DNA of 64,000 nucleotides from Candidatus Hadarchaeales archaeon (GTDB taxonomy: Archaea > Hadarchaeota > Hadarchaeia > Hadarchaeales > Hadarchaeaceae): positions 5,842 to 69,841 of the forward strand of contig JAWBCC010000001.1 in NCBI GenBank assembly GCA_038823825.1, written 5' to 3'. Shown piece after piece: positions 1 through 9,900 of this stretch. The first letter of the stretch is position 1. The number at the start of each line of letters is the position of its first letter. The translations under genes were made by a program, and so were the position numbers. Under the pieces are notes generated by a model. It saw nothing but the letters and a program-made list of their open reading frames with translations, did not search any database and had not been told where the DNA came from.

Positions 1-543
1 ATCCAAAACCGGCACTAGGGTAACATGAACAAAAACAACATTGGTTGATCCCTCTTCGAGTCTCATCTGCCTGACAGCTTCGAGAAACGGCATGCTCTCG
101 ATATCTCCAACCGTTCCCCCGATTTCGACCAAACAAATCTCAGCCCCGCTGTCCCCCGCAACTCTTCTTATTCTTTCTTTGATGAGATCTGTCACGTGAG
201 GAATTATCTGCACCGTCTTTCCGAGATATTCCCCCTTTCTCTCCCTCTCTATAATTTTTCCATAGATCTGCCCCGTCGTTATGTTGTGATGCTTTGTAAG
301 ATTGATATTCAAAAATCTTTCGTAGTGACCCATATCGAGGTCTATTTCTCCACCGTCCTCGGTTACAAATATCTCTCCATGCTCAAAGGGATTCATCGTT
401 CCAGCGTCGACATTCAGATAGGGGTCAATTTTTATTGCAGTTACAGAAAAGCCGTGCGATTGAAGAAGCTTTCCGATGGATGCTGTTGTTATTCCTTTTC
501 CAAGTCCGCTCATTACCCCTCCGGTAACTACTATGTACTTCAT
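1..543 (-). CDS. pyrG: CTP synthase, N-terminal part (gene continues beyond window start)
   Basis: Reverse-strand translation from ATG at 541-543 gives [27 protein letters not shown]..., the canonical PyrG N-terminus. It is not in the ORF track because the frame stays open to the window edge. Confidence 0.85.
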   Translation of the reverse strand, partial: MKYIVVTGGVMSGLGKGITTASIGKLLQSHGFSVTAIKIDPYLNVDAGTMNPFEHGEIFVTEDGGEIDLDMGHYERFLNINLTKHHNITTGQIYGKIIERERKGEYLGKTVQIIPHVTDLIKERIRRVAGDSGAEICLVEIGGTVGDIESMPFLEAVRQMRLEEGSTNVVFVHVTLVPVLD

Positions 544-547
544 GGTC

Positions 548-1450
548 CTACACCCTCAGTTTTTCTATCGCACTTATATTCTTGAGCCCTAGGTTTTCCA
601 GATATTTTTCAATGCCTCTGCAGATTTCCCTAAAGATCGAAAGGCCCTTTACTGCTATGGCAGACCCTACCTGAACGGCGGTAGCTCCGGCCAAGATGAA
701 TTCTACAGCATCTTCCCATGTTTCTACTCCACCACAACCAACTATCGGTATGGAAAGCCGTTTGTGAAGTTGATGGACGCATCTCAACGCTATCGGATGA
801 ATAGCCGGGCCGGAAAGCCCCCCATAGATTTCCGAAAGAATTGGACTTCTCGTGTGCACGTCTATAGCCATGCCGGTAATAGTGTTTATCGCAACCACAC
901 CATCGGCTCCGGCTTTCTGGGCAGACTCTCCGACTTCAACTAATCTGTCGGTCAAGCCAAGTTTGACGAAAACCGGGATAGTGACGTTATCCTTAACCCT
1001 TCGGACTATTCTTTTAACAACTTCTGGTTCTCGGCCGAATTCGAGTCCTCCTCTTTTGACGTTTGGGCAGGAAAGATTTAGTTCAACAGCATCGGCCCCG
1101 CAATCATCAGCCGCTCCGCATATTTTGACGAATTCGTTTTCGCTGAATCCGGCCACACTGACGATTACTGGAACTCCTCCTTCTTTCGCTATCGGAAGAT
1201 CATATGACAAGAAATCTATGTAACCAGGGTTTGCGATTCCGATGTTATTAAGAAATCCGCCCCGCACTCCTATTACGGCTGGTGTATTGCTTCCTTCCCG
1301 TTTTTCCACAGTTAGACTTTTTGTCACAACTGCTCCGGCGCCAGCCAGTGCTGCCTGTTTCAAAAGAGGACCGTTTGAGAGGATTCCTGCTGCCAACATG
1401 ATCGGATTCCGCAACTTCAATCTGCCAATCTTAACCGAAAGTTTTGACAT
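548..1450 (-). CDS. pyrD: dihydroorotate dehydrogenase catalytic subunit (class 1B). The ORF extends to 1474; the likely start is the internal Met at [13 protein letters not shown].
   Basis: TIM-barrel DHODH motifs ([16 protein letters not shown]) and a position directly upstream of pyrG in the pyr operon. Confidence 0.8.
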   Translation of the reverse strand: MSKLSVKIGRLKLRNPIMLAAGILSNGPLLKQAALAGAGAVVTKSLTVEKREGSNTPAVIGVRGGFLNNIGIANPGYIDFLSYDLPIAKEGGVPVIVSVAGFSENEFVKICGAADDCGADAVELNLSCPNVKRGGLEFGREPEVVKRIVRRVKDNVTIPVFVKLGLTDRLVEVGESAQKAGADGVVAINTITGMAIDVHTRSPILSEIYGGLSGPAIHPIALRCVHQLHKRLSIPIVGCGGVETWEDAVEFILAGATAVQVGSAIAVKGLSIFREICRGIEKYLENLGLKNISAIEKLRV

Positions 1451-2730
1451 TTCTTCCCCATCCTCTTCTTCCAACTATTTCTCTCTCAAACATTACTAAC
1501 TTTCCTCTCACGAGTGTGGCGATAGGAACGCCGATGACCTTCGTTCCTGCGAACGGACTGAACTTTGCCTTACTGATGAAATTTGAAGGATCGATTTTCC
1601 ACTCTTTTTCCAGATCCACCACGGTGAGATTTGCGGTCATTCCCTCCTTGATTTCTCCAAAGTGCTTCAGTCCAAGAATTCTGGCAGGCCTGCTCGAGCA
1701 TGTTCTGACAAAATCCTCCAGTCGCAACATGTCTTTCTTTACCATAGTGAGCAAAAGCGGAACCGTTGTCTCAAGTGAAGGAAATCCGGATGCTGGTGGG
1801 TCTGCCAGTTTTTCTTCTAACGAATGTGGCGCATGATCTGATGTTACACAGTCTATAACTCCCTTCTGTAGTTTCTCCAGTAGAAATTTTCTGTCTCTCT
1901 CGCTTCTGAGTGAAGGTTCAACTCGTGCGATTTTTCCTATTTTTTCAACGTCCTTTTCCGTAAGCAGAAGATAGTGTGGACAAGTATCACCGGTGAGCGG
2001 TAACAGACTTTTCTTTTTCGAGAAAATCTCCGCCCCTCTGGTAGACGAGATATGTGTGACATGCAACTTAAATCCAACTTTTCTGGAGAGCTCGGTTATA
2101 TCCTCAATCGCCCCGGCTTCAGCCTCAGGTAGTCTTATTGGACCGAATTTAGTGTGTCTAACAGGTTCTGGTCTCTCCGCATGCGCAACCACTAGCATGT
2201 TCTTTCTTGAAGCGAAATCCAAGATTTTTCTCATCAGCTCATGGTTTTCTTGTGAATAGAATTCTCTATGCATGAAAATCTTTAGACCAATCGCCAAATC
2301 TACAACTTCTTCCGTCAAATGTTCAAGTTTTTTTGGAACTCCATAATACAGTCCGTAGTCAACAAAGCTTTTTTTCCTAGCGATTTTTTCTCTCTTTCTT
2401 AGCACCGAAGGTTTATTGATCGGAGGTATGGTGTTTGGCATATCGCACACGACTGTAAATCCGCCCATCGCCGCAGCCATCGTACCGGTTTCAAAGTCTT
2501 CTTTATAGTCGAGTTTAAAATCTCTAAGATGAACATGCATATCGATTAGTCCAGGTAAAATAAGGTTTCCCTTTCTCCGGAAATCTAACTTTTCCTCACC
2601 TTCAAGGTTCTTCCTGATTCTGGCGATTTTTCCATTTTCTATGAGGATGCTGCCGTCGATTATTTTGGTAGATGTGTAGATTTTGCCGCTGACTACGAGG
2701 CTCAGATTGGCACCCTCCTTCCAGCAGCAT
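1431..2730 (-). CDS. pyrC: dihydroorotase. An apparent +1 frameshift sits about 6 codons after the ATG at 2728-2730. The uninterrupted ORF is 1431..2540.
   Basis: HVHLR metal-binding motif and amidohydrolase fold. Upstream of the first in-frame ATG the same frame still encodes the conserved DHOase N-terminus (ANLSLVVSGKIYTSTKIIDGSILIENGKIARI...) but has no start codon. An ATG in the +1 frame (MLLEGG) joins to it across a GGAGGG run. Confidence 0.75.
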
Positions 2731-3526
2731 CTCTGGAGAATCTGCCGAAATCCGTGTTTAAAAGTTCCCTAGCGCAGAAGACCGGACCGTCTATGCACAC
2801 CCTTAATCCGACTGGGTCGAGAACGCAGGAGCCGCATATTCCAAATCCACACTTCATATATCTCTCTAAGGAAGCCTGTACATGGATGCCCTTTTTCAGT
2901 GCGATTTCTAAAATTTTTTTCATCATCATTTCAGGTCCACAAGTTAGCACGCATTCAGGTTTGATTTTGTTCAAAAGATTCTCGAACAGCTCGGTTACGA
3001 GCCCTTTATATCCAGCGGAACCATCTTCTGTGGCGACTTCGACTTTCGCTCCGAGTTTTTTAGCTTCATGAATGAAGAGAAGCTCTTCAGATTTTTTTGC
3101 TCCGACCACATACCAACACTCACCCCGATTTTCTCTGATAGACTTTAGAGCATAGATAAGAGGAGAAGCTCCGTATCCTCCCGCGACTAGCATTACTTTT
3201 TTGTAACCGTTCAGCGAAAAACCACGTCCGAATGGGCCACGCAAAAGCAAAATATCGCCTTTTTTAAGGTTCATCATAAGCTCAGTGGTTTTCCCGACAG
3301 CAGCGACAGTTAGTCTCAATATGTTTTGCTCGAAACCGGATGCGGAGATAGGGATCTCTTCCCCTCCGGGAGCCCAGATCATAAAAAACTGCCCCGGCGA
3401 GGGTTTTTGTCCAGCGTATTGTAAGTAAAAAGACTTGATGTTTGAAGCTTCTTCCTTCACACGTTTTATTTTGCAGGCTCTGGGTGCGAATTGCAGATAA
3501 GGATCAACGTTTTTCAATTCTCTCAC
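2702..3526 (-). CDS. pyrK: dihydroorotate dehydrogenase electron-transfer subunit (FAD/NAD-binding, 2Fe-2S)
   Basis: Ferredoxin-reductase-like fold with a C-terminal Cys cluster (CGFGICGSC). The stop overlaps the pyrI start in the operon. Confidence 0.8.
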   Translation of the reverse strand: MRELKNVDPYLQFAPRACKIKRVKEEASNIKSFYLQYAGQKPSPGQFFMIWAPGGEEIPISASGFEQNILRLTVAAVGKTTELMMNLKKGDILLLRGPFGRGFSLNGYKKVMLVAGGYGASPLIYALKSIRENRGECWYVVGAKKSEELLFIHEAKKLGAKVEVATEDGSAGYKGLVTELFENLLNKIKPECVLTCGPEMMMKKILEIALKKGIHVQASLERYMKCGFGICGSCVLDPVGLRVCIDGPVFCARELLNTDFGRFSRDAAGRRVPI

Positions 3527-4017
3527 CGCTTAGCAGCAGCTCGCGAGTATTGTTCGATTATGTCATTCTGATTTACGTATGTGCCGCAATACTCGCAGCA
3601 CAAAACTAGTGGTTCACTCGAAACTACCTTAAAAGTAGGAACCACTGGTTCTCCCTGCTTGTTTGTTATACAATTTGGATTTACGCATGTCACGATTTCC
3701 TTTATTATGCTTGGAAGTTTCACCTTCGTTTTTTTCACCACGGAATAGTCTCTAATTGTATTTATCGTTGCCTCGGGCGCCAGAAGAGCAATTTTATCTA
3801 CTTCTTTCGGGTCTAATTCCCGATTTTCTATTTTTACAATGTCTTTTTTTCCAATTTTTTTACTTCTGACATTCATGAGAAGAGCCACGGTATATCCTTC
3901 TTCTCCAGTTATTCCAAGAATTTTTAGGACGTTCAGCGCCTGTCCTCCAGGAATGTGATCTATTACGGTACCATTTTTTATTCTCCTGACTATGAGTTTG
4001 TTTCCTTCCTCTTTCAT
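3523..4017 (-). CDS. pyrI: aspartate carbamoyltransferase regulatory subunit
   Basis: C-terminal Zn-binding Cys pairs (CVNPNC...CEYC). 4-nt overlaps with pyrB and pyrK. Confidence 0.85.
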   Translation of the reverse strand: MKEEGNKLIVRRIKNGTVIDHIPGGQALNVLKILGITGEEGYTVALLMNVRSKKIGKKDIVKIENRELDPKEVDKIALLAPEATINTIRDYSVVKKTKVKLPSIIKEIVTCVNPNCITNKQGEPVVPTFKVVSSEPLVLCCEYCGTYVNQNDIIEQYSRAAAKR

Positions 4018-4937
4018 TTTTCTCCCTCGAGCAAAAGATACAACAAAGCCATTCTTACTGGAACCCCATTTGCTGCTTGTTGGAAATATCTCGCAGATTT
4101 ATGAGTATCAACTTCAAGAGCTATTTCACCAACTCTGGGCAGCGGGTGCATTATTATCATTCCATCTTTTGCGTTTTTGATGGTCTCCAAATCCACCCTA
4201 TATGAACCCTTGACCTTTTCGTATTCCGCAGGATCCGGAAACCTTTCACGCTGTATTCTCGTCACATATAGAACATCTGTCTCTTGTATAATGTCTTGGA
4301 GATTTTCTCTTATTTCAAAATTCACCCCAGATTTTGTGAGGTGCTCTTCGAGTTCCTTTCTGGGTTTGAGCAACGGCGGAGACACGAGATATATTTTTCT
4401 CGGTTTGAATTTTGTCAAAGCGTAAAGAAATGATGCGACAGCTCTTCCATATCTCAGATCCCCCATCAATACGAAGTTCAGTCCATCGATCCTTCCGAAT
4501 TCTTTCCAGACGGTGTAAAGATCGACCATCGCTTGTGTTGGATGATTTTTTGTACCATCTCCTGCGTTTATCACAGGAGCGTCAGCGATTTCAGCAGCAA
4601 GTTTCGCCGCACCTTCCACTTTATGTCGAATTGCGATGACATCCGCATAAGCATCCAGCATTCTGATGGTATCAGCCAAGTTTTCCCCCTTCGCAATCGA
4701 AGTCGCCTCTATATCTGTAAATCCAATAACGGAGCCGCCAAGCTTGTGCATTGCCGTCTCAAAACTTAACTTCGTTCTAGTGCTAGGTTCAAAAAAGGCA
4801 TTGGCGAGAATTTTTCCTTTTAACACAGAGCTTCCTTTTTTCATGGTTTTTTCCATTTTTTTCGAAACCTCAAATATTTTCTTGAGTTCGGCATCGCTGA
4901 AATCCAGTATGGAAATCACATCTCTGTTTTTGAACAT
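4014..4937 (-). CDS. pyrB: aspartate carbamoyltransferase catalytic subunit
   Basis: STRTR carbamoyl-phosphate-binding motif and HPLP motif. Confidence 0.9.
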   Translation of the reverse strand: MFKNRDVISILDFSDAELKKIFEVSKKMEKTMKKGSSVLKGKILANAFFEPSTRTKLSFETAMHKLGGSVIGFTDIEATSIAKGENLADTIRMLDAYADVIAIRHKVEGAAKLAAEIADAPVINAGDGTKNHPTQAMVDLYTVWKEFGRIDGLNFVLMGDLRYGRAVASFLYALTKFKPRKIYLVSPPLLKPRKELEEHLTKSGVNFEIRENLQDIIQETDVLYVTRIQRERFPDPAEYEKVKGSYRVDLETIKNAKDGMIIMHPLPRVGEIALEVDTHKSARYFQQAANGVPVRMALLYLLLEGEK

Positions 4938-5533
4938 CTCCTCTCCTCCAGATATCTCATTACGAGTTCATAATTCTCTCGTCCCATGCTTCCAAGTAAA
5001 TAGAGTCTAGAAAATATCTCACTTACCTTGGATAAGGAAACGAGCGTTATTCCTTCTTTTTTGAGATTTTGTTCGGCTCCTTCTTCTCTATCCACAAACA
5101 CAACGGCGTATCTCAAAATTCCGCCTTTTTCTTTAATCGAGAGAGCGGCTTTCAACAAGCTTTCTCCAGTGGTAGCCACATCGTCAACCAGGATAACCCT
5201 ATTTCCAGGTTCCAATTCACCCTCGATCTCGCTCTCGGTCCCATGGGTCTTTTTTTCTTTTCTGACGTAAATCAGGGGTTTTTTCAGTTTGTAAGCAACA
5301 ATTGTGGCAATTGGTATGCCCGCGGTTGCGACACCAGCGACTCTGTCAAACTCCCCCAGCGTTTTTATAATTTCTACGTAATCATTCGTAATCTCGTCGA
5401 AGATGGCTGGGTAAGAAATAATCTTTCTCAGGTTGATATAGTATGGGCTGATTCTACCTGAAGAAAGCCTAAACTCGCCAGTCATAATACATCCGAGCTC
5501 GGCTAGCTTTAAGTAAATTTCATCTCTTGGCAT
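4916..5533 (-). CDS. pyrE: orotate phosphoribosyltransferase
   Basis: PRPP-binding motif (VILVDDVATTG), about 200 aa. Confidence 0.85.
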   Translation of the reverse strand: MPRDEIYLKLAELGCIMTGEFRLSSGRISPYYINLRKIISYPAIFDEITNDYVEIIKTLGEFDRVAGVATAGIPIATIVAYKLKKPLIYVRKEKKTHGTESEIEGELEPGNRVILVDDVATTGESLLKAALSIKEKGGILRYAVVFVDREEGAEQNLKKEGITLVSLSKVSEIFSRLYLLGSMGRENYELVMRYLEERRCSKTEM

Positions 5534-6314
5534 TCCTGATCGCCTCCAAGATCTCTTTTGCTTTCTTAGCTGGTTCGGAACTCTCAGTTATCGACCTGCC
5601 TATTATCTCAAAGTCCGATCCGGCGACTATTGCTGATCCGAATGGAGTACCCTGAGCTCCGACCCCCGGCGAAAAAATCGGCTTATCAAACATCTTCCTA
5701 GCCTTCCTAATGATGTCTGGTCTGCTTGCAGGAAGCACGAAGCCATCGACTCCTGCAGAGTCGGCAATCAGAAGGAGTTTCAAAAAGTTCTTGTTGAGGA
5801 AATCGTTCGCTCCTGCATGACTCATCGCGCATAGCCCCAAAACTCCTCTATCCTTCTTTTTTGCCAATTTCACTACCGGGATCAAACCATCTTTGGCTCC
5901 TATGGCGGCGTGAGCGATTATTCCGTCAAAACCGGCATCGAAGAGCAACCCCGCCGTCAGCACGTTTATGTGCCCAATGTCCGCCATCTTCGTGTCGCAG
6001 ATGAAGAAGTACCTTTTGGTATGCTCTCTTGTCAGCCGTTTTATTCCGTCAAGTCCCAACGAAAGCAGAAGTGGTAAACCGATTTTGATTCCGGATACAT
6101 AGTCTTCTAACTCCAATAGCAGAGCTTCAAGTTTTTTCAGAGATTCTTTTTTGTTGCAAAAGGATTCGGTGTAGTCTGGCAAAAAATCGAGAGCTAAAAC
6201 AATCGGAGTTCCCTTCTTTTCGCGCAACGTCTCTATTTTTTTATGGAATTTTTCACTCACAAGCCCTTCCTTATCTACATCCACGAAAGATAAAAGCGTG
6301 TCGAGTCTAGGCAT
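5520..6314 (-). CDS. pyrF: orotidine 5'-phosphate decarboxylase
   Basis: D-x-K-x-x-D active-site region (CDTKMADIG) and OMPdecase TIM-barrel length. First gene of the pyr operon. Confidence 0.75.
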   Translation of the reverse strand: MPRLDTLLSFVDVDKEGLVSEKFHKKIETLREKKGTPIVLALDFLPDYTESFCNKKESLKKLEALLLELEDYVSGIKIGLPLLLSLGLDGIKRLTREHTKRYFFICDTKMADIGHINVLTAGLLFDAGFDGIIAHAAIGAKDGLIPVVKLAKKKDRGVLGLCAMSHAGANDFLNKNFLKLLLIADSAGVDGFVLPASRPDIIRKARKMFDKPIFSPGVGAQGTPFGSAIVAGSDFEIIGRSITESSEPAKKAKEILEAIRNAKR

Positions 6315-6432
6315 ATATAAGCATATTTGTGTACAGGGAACGGATTATTAACCTTTCGCAAATTTTCGAAAAACTCCGAGTTTAGAGTTTCTTTTTAAGG
6401 ACAACTAAGAGAAGTTGTTCTGAGGTGAAAAA

Positions 6433-6927
6433 ATGCAGTTTAGGAATGGAAGAACTCTGACGAGAGCCGGTTGGATAGCAGTCATCGCCCTGATTGCAAG
6501 CGTAGGACTGGCCGTCGCTGCGCTTAGATTAACCGTGAGGTTTGGAGCCACGGTAGTTTCTGCGCCAATAACATGGCAGTTTATCGGAGTTGATAACTCG
6601 GAAAATATACCGATTCCGGATGGCGGAGAGACAACGTTCTGGATAAGCTTCACGAACCAGTCTGGTAGGTTCCAGGGAGTTGCAGTTTACTCAACAGTGT
6701 TTGACGTAAGCGGAGGTAAGGTCTGGTCAGGTCTCTATGATAATGCCACAGGAAACGAGCTACCGGACTCGGATTATGGTGCCAACTACAAGAGGCTAGA
6801 TCTTAACGCTGGGCAAACAAGAGTGGTCAAAGTGGTTCTGGCTGATGTCAATGCTAATCCAGGCGACTACTGGATCTGGGGTCTAAATACTGGCTTCTCG
6901 TTGTTCTTGGACAACATTGTTCTGTAG
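6433..6927 (+). CDS. small secreted/anchored beta-rich protein, partner of the downstream giant surface protein
   Basis: N-terminal hydrophobic anchor. Shares the post-signal motif LRLTVRFGATVV with the next gene (FRLTVKFGAMVV). SD-like GAGGTGA upstream. Confidence 0.5.
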   Translation: MQFRNGRTLTRAGWIAVIALIASVGLAVAALRLTVRFGATVVSAPITWQFIGVDNSENIPIPDGGETTFWISFTNQSGRFQGVAVYSTVFDVSGGKVWSGLYDNATGNELPDSDYGANYKRLDLNAGQTRVVKVVLADVNANPGDYWIWGLNTGFSLFLDNIVL

Positions 6928-6999
6928 AGAGGGGGGATCAGGTCTTCGGTCCCTCCCATTATTTTTATTTTTTTAACGGGGAGAAAAGAGAGGGGACAA

Positions 7000-9900
7000 A
7001 TGAAAAATGTTTGGAAAATAATCCCATCCGTGTTGGTAATACTGTTTGTGGTCTCTTTATGTGCTGGACTTTTTCGTCTTACCGTGAAATTCGGAGCAAT
7101 GGTTGTTGGCGGTTTACCAGGAATTCTGCGATATGACGATTTCAACGATGGTGTCCTAGGCACGAACCTTGGTGGGGGTGCCGGCGCAATGTCATACGAT
7201 GGGGCCCACGACCCCAGCCTGAGTTTTGTTTCTGGTTATGAAGGCACCTATGCGCTTAAAATTTCGTACAGCGTTCCAGTCGGACAATGGTGTGGTTACT
7301 GGAGTTTTTTCCTCGCGAGTCAGAAAGGATATGATATCGGCATGTTTACGGACATAAGGATGTGGGTAAAAGGTGAGAATGGAGGAGAAAACTTCAAAAT
7401 AGAACTTAAGGATGAATTCGGCACTGTTAGGACAGTTTACATTTCAATGGTCCCTGGTTTTGAGTCCGGTCTGAGCACTAGTTGGCGGGAGCTTGTTATA
7501 CCTCTCTACAACTTTCCGGATTTAAACCTCTATTACGTGAAACAAGTCAACATCATCTTTGACACTTATCCATATTCTGGGACGATATATATTGACAACA
7601 TTGTCTTTACGCAGTTTTCACCATACACCCCCTCTCCAATTGGTCTAGTTTTTGATGATTTTAACGGTGGTCTTGGCCCAAACAGGCTCGGCGGATCCAA
7701 CGGAACAATGGATCCAAACCCAGGCGATCCAACCGAATGGATAACAGCATCGTATGTTACAGATTCCTATGAGGGACTTGGAGCTCTAAAATTAACATAC
7801 AACCGAGGCGCGGCGAGTTGGGTGGGATACTGGAGTTTCATGAGACCCGATCAGACTGGGTACGACGTCTCGGATTATGAAAATCTCTGTATGTGGGTGA
7901 AGGGAGCGAGTGGAGGGGAAAGATTCAAAGTAGAACTAAAAGATACATCCAACAACACGAGTTCAATATATGTTACTGTTCCAGGAACAACCTATCAGAA
8001 GATATCGATACCGCTATCAGATTTCACCGGCCTCGATCTGAAAAATCTCAGACAAGTGAATATAGTCTTCGACACCTCGCCGAACAGTGGCACGGTTTAC
8101 ATAGATTTGGTTCTCTTCGAGTGGGATGTTTACAAAGAGGCTCAGAAAAGAGCCTTCCTCTATTTCTGGAGGGAGATGAACCCTCAGACCGGGTTGGTCC
8201 CGGACAAGAATAGAGATAAAATGGCAAGCATCGCAGCAACTGGATTTGGCCTTTCAGCAATATGCGTAGGAGAAAGCAGAGGTTGGATATCCAGACAAGA
8301 AGCGATGGAAAGAGTGCTAAAAGCGTTGAGATTTCTCAGAGACAATGCGGAAAAGGTTAACGGAATGCCCTACCACTTCCTGCACGTTGACAACGGTTCT
8401 CGTTTCGGAACTTCAGAGATTTCCATAATCGATACGGCTATGCTAATGGCTGGTGTGCTCCATGTGGCTGAACATTTCAAAGAAAACCAACAAATTGTTT
8501 CATTGGCCGAGGAGATCTTCAATGCAGTTGATTGGTATTGGTTTGTCAGACCAAGTGGAACATTTGATGCAGCTTGGTCTCCAGAGATCGGATTTTACGG
8601 GGAAAGATTTGGTTATGACGAGTACATCCTAGCCGGGATAATCGGTCTGGGTTCCTCAACGAAGCCACTTCCAAGAAGCAGTTGGGATGTCTGGAGATCG
8701 GGATACAAGTGGGCTTCTTATGAAAATTACACTTTCCTCTGTCCAGGCGGTTACATGAGACCGACTTCTTACTTGTATCACTTTCCGGCCTCTTGGATAG
8801 ATTTCAGGAATAAACACGATAACTATGTCGATTACTGGGACACGATGGTAAACGCTCTCTTGGCCAACCGTGAATATTGTAGAGACTGGGCTGAAAACTA
8901 TCCAGAGTATGACGACAATCTCTGGGGATGGAATGCCTGTGAGGGGCCTGAGGGATATCTCGGCTGGGATCCATTCCGTGGAACAATAGCACCCTCTGCT
9001 GTTGTAGGCTCGGTTCCATTCTTCCCAGATTTTGCAGTTCCAGATGTCCGCTATATTTACGAACATTACGGGGAGAACATATGGGGCATCTACGGCTTCA
9101 AGGATTCAATGGATTCGGGCTATAACTCCGGTCGAGGCTGGTTCTGCGAGAACTTCGTCGGAATAAACAAAGGTCCGGAAGTTCTATTACCAGAAGCCTA
9201 CATTAGCGGTCTAGTATGGAAGGAGATGATGAACAATTTCTACATCTTGGAGGGTCTCAGAAAAGCGGGCTTCGTCTGGCGTATATATCCGAGTGATGAC
9301 ACATTTGTTGACAATGTATATCCAAACACAAATTATGGTCAGCAAAGCCAACTCAAAATCGAGAATAGTTCCTCTTCAATCAAACTCACGTACATGAAGT
9401 TTGATCTTTCTGGTTTACCATCAACCTTTGGAATCGGCGAGGCTAGGCTCAACTTATTTGTCTACGAGAACGCTCAAGCATACGTAATCGCATACGGGGT
9501 GGAAAACGATGCTTGGACGGAAAACAGTTTGGTTTGGAACAATCGTCCGCCCTATGGAGAAATCATCGACAATGTTCAATGCGAGAACGGATGGATTTCT
9601 CTAGATGTTACCCAATGGGCAAGAGCGCAGTTCAACATTGACCGAAAGCTTTCGCTTGTACTCGCGATAAGTCAGGGCTCGGCAAGTTTCAGATCTGAGG
9701 AATATATGGAGAACAGGTCTCAGAGGCCTTATCTCGGAGTAAAGCTCGCCTCAACAAGAACGGTAACGGAAAGACTTCTCCCAATCGAAGACACGTATAC
9801 GGATTACGAGAAGCGGAACACTCCGATGGGGGAAAATAATCCGAAAAGATTGGCCGTAAGTGGAGTTTCAGGATACTATCGCAGATCATATCTCAAATTT

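Noticed and set aside
196-585. 129-aa plus-strand ORF at the window start
   Set aside because: It lies entirely antisense to the well-conserved pyrG N-terminus (1-543, -) and has no motif. It is a shadow ORF.
7893-9066. Several 60-136-aa ORFs inside or antisense to the 1366-aa gene (7893-8213, 8048-8260, 8656-9066, 8804-9019)
   Set aside because: They are embedded in a long, internally consistent coding frame with repeated domain structure. They are frame-shadow artefacts.
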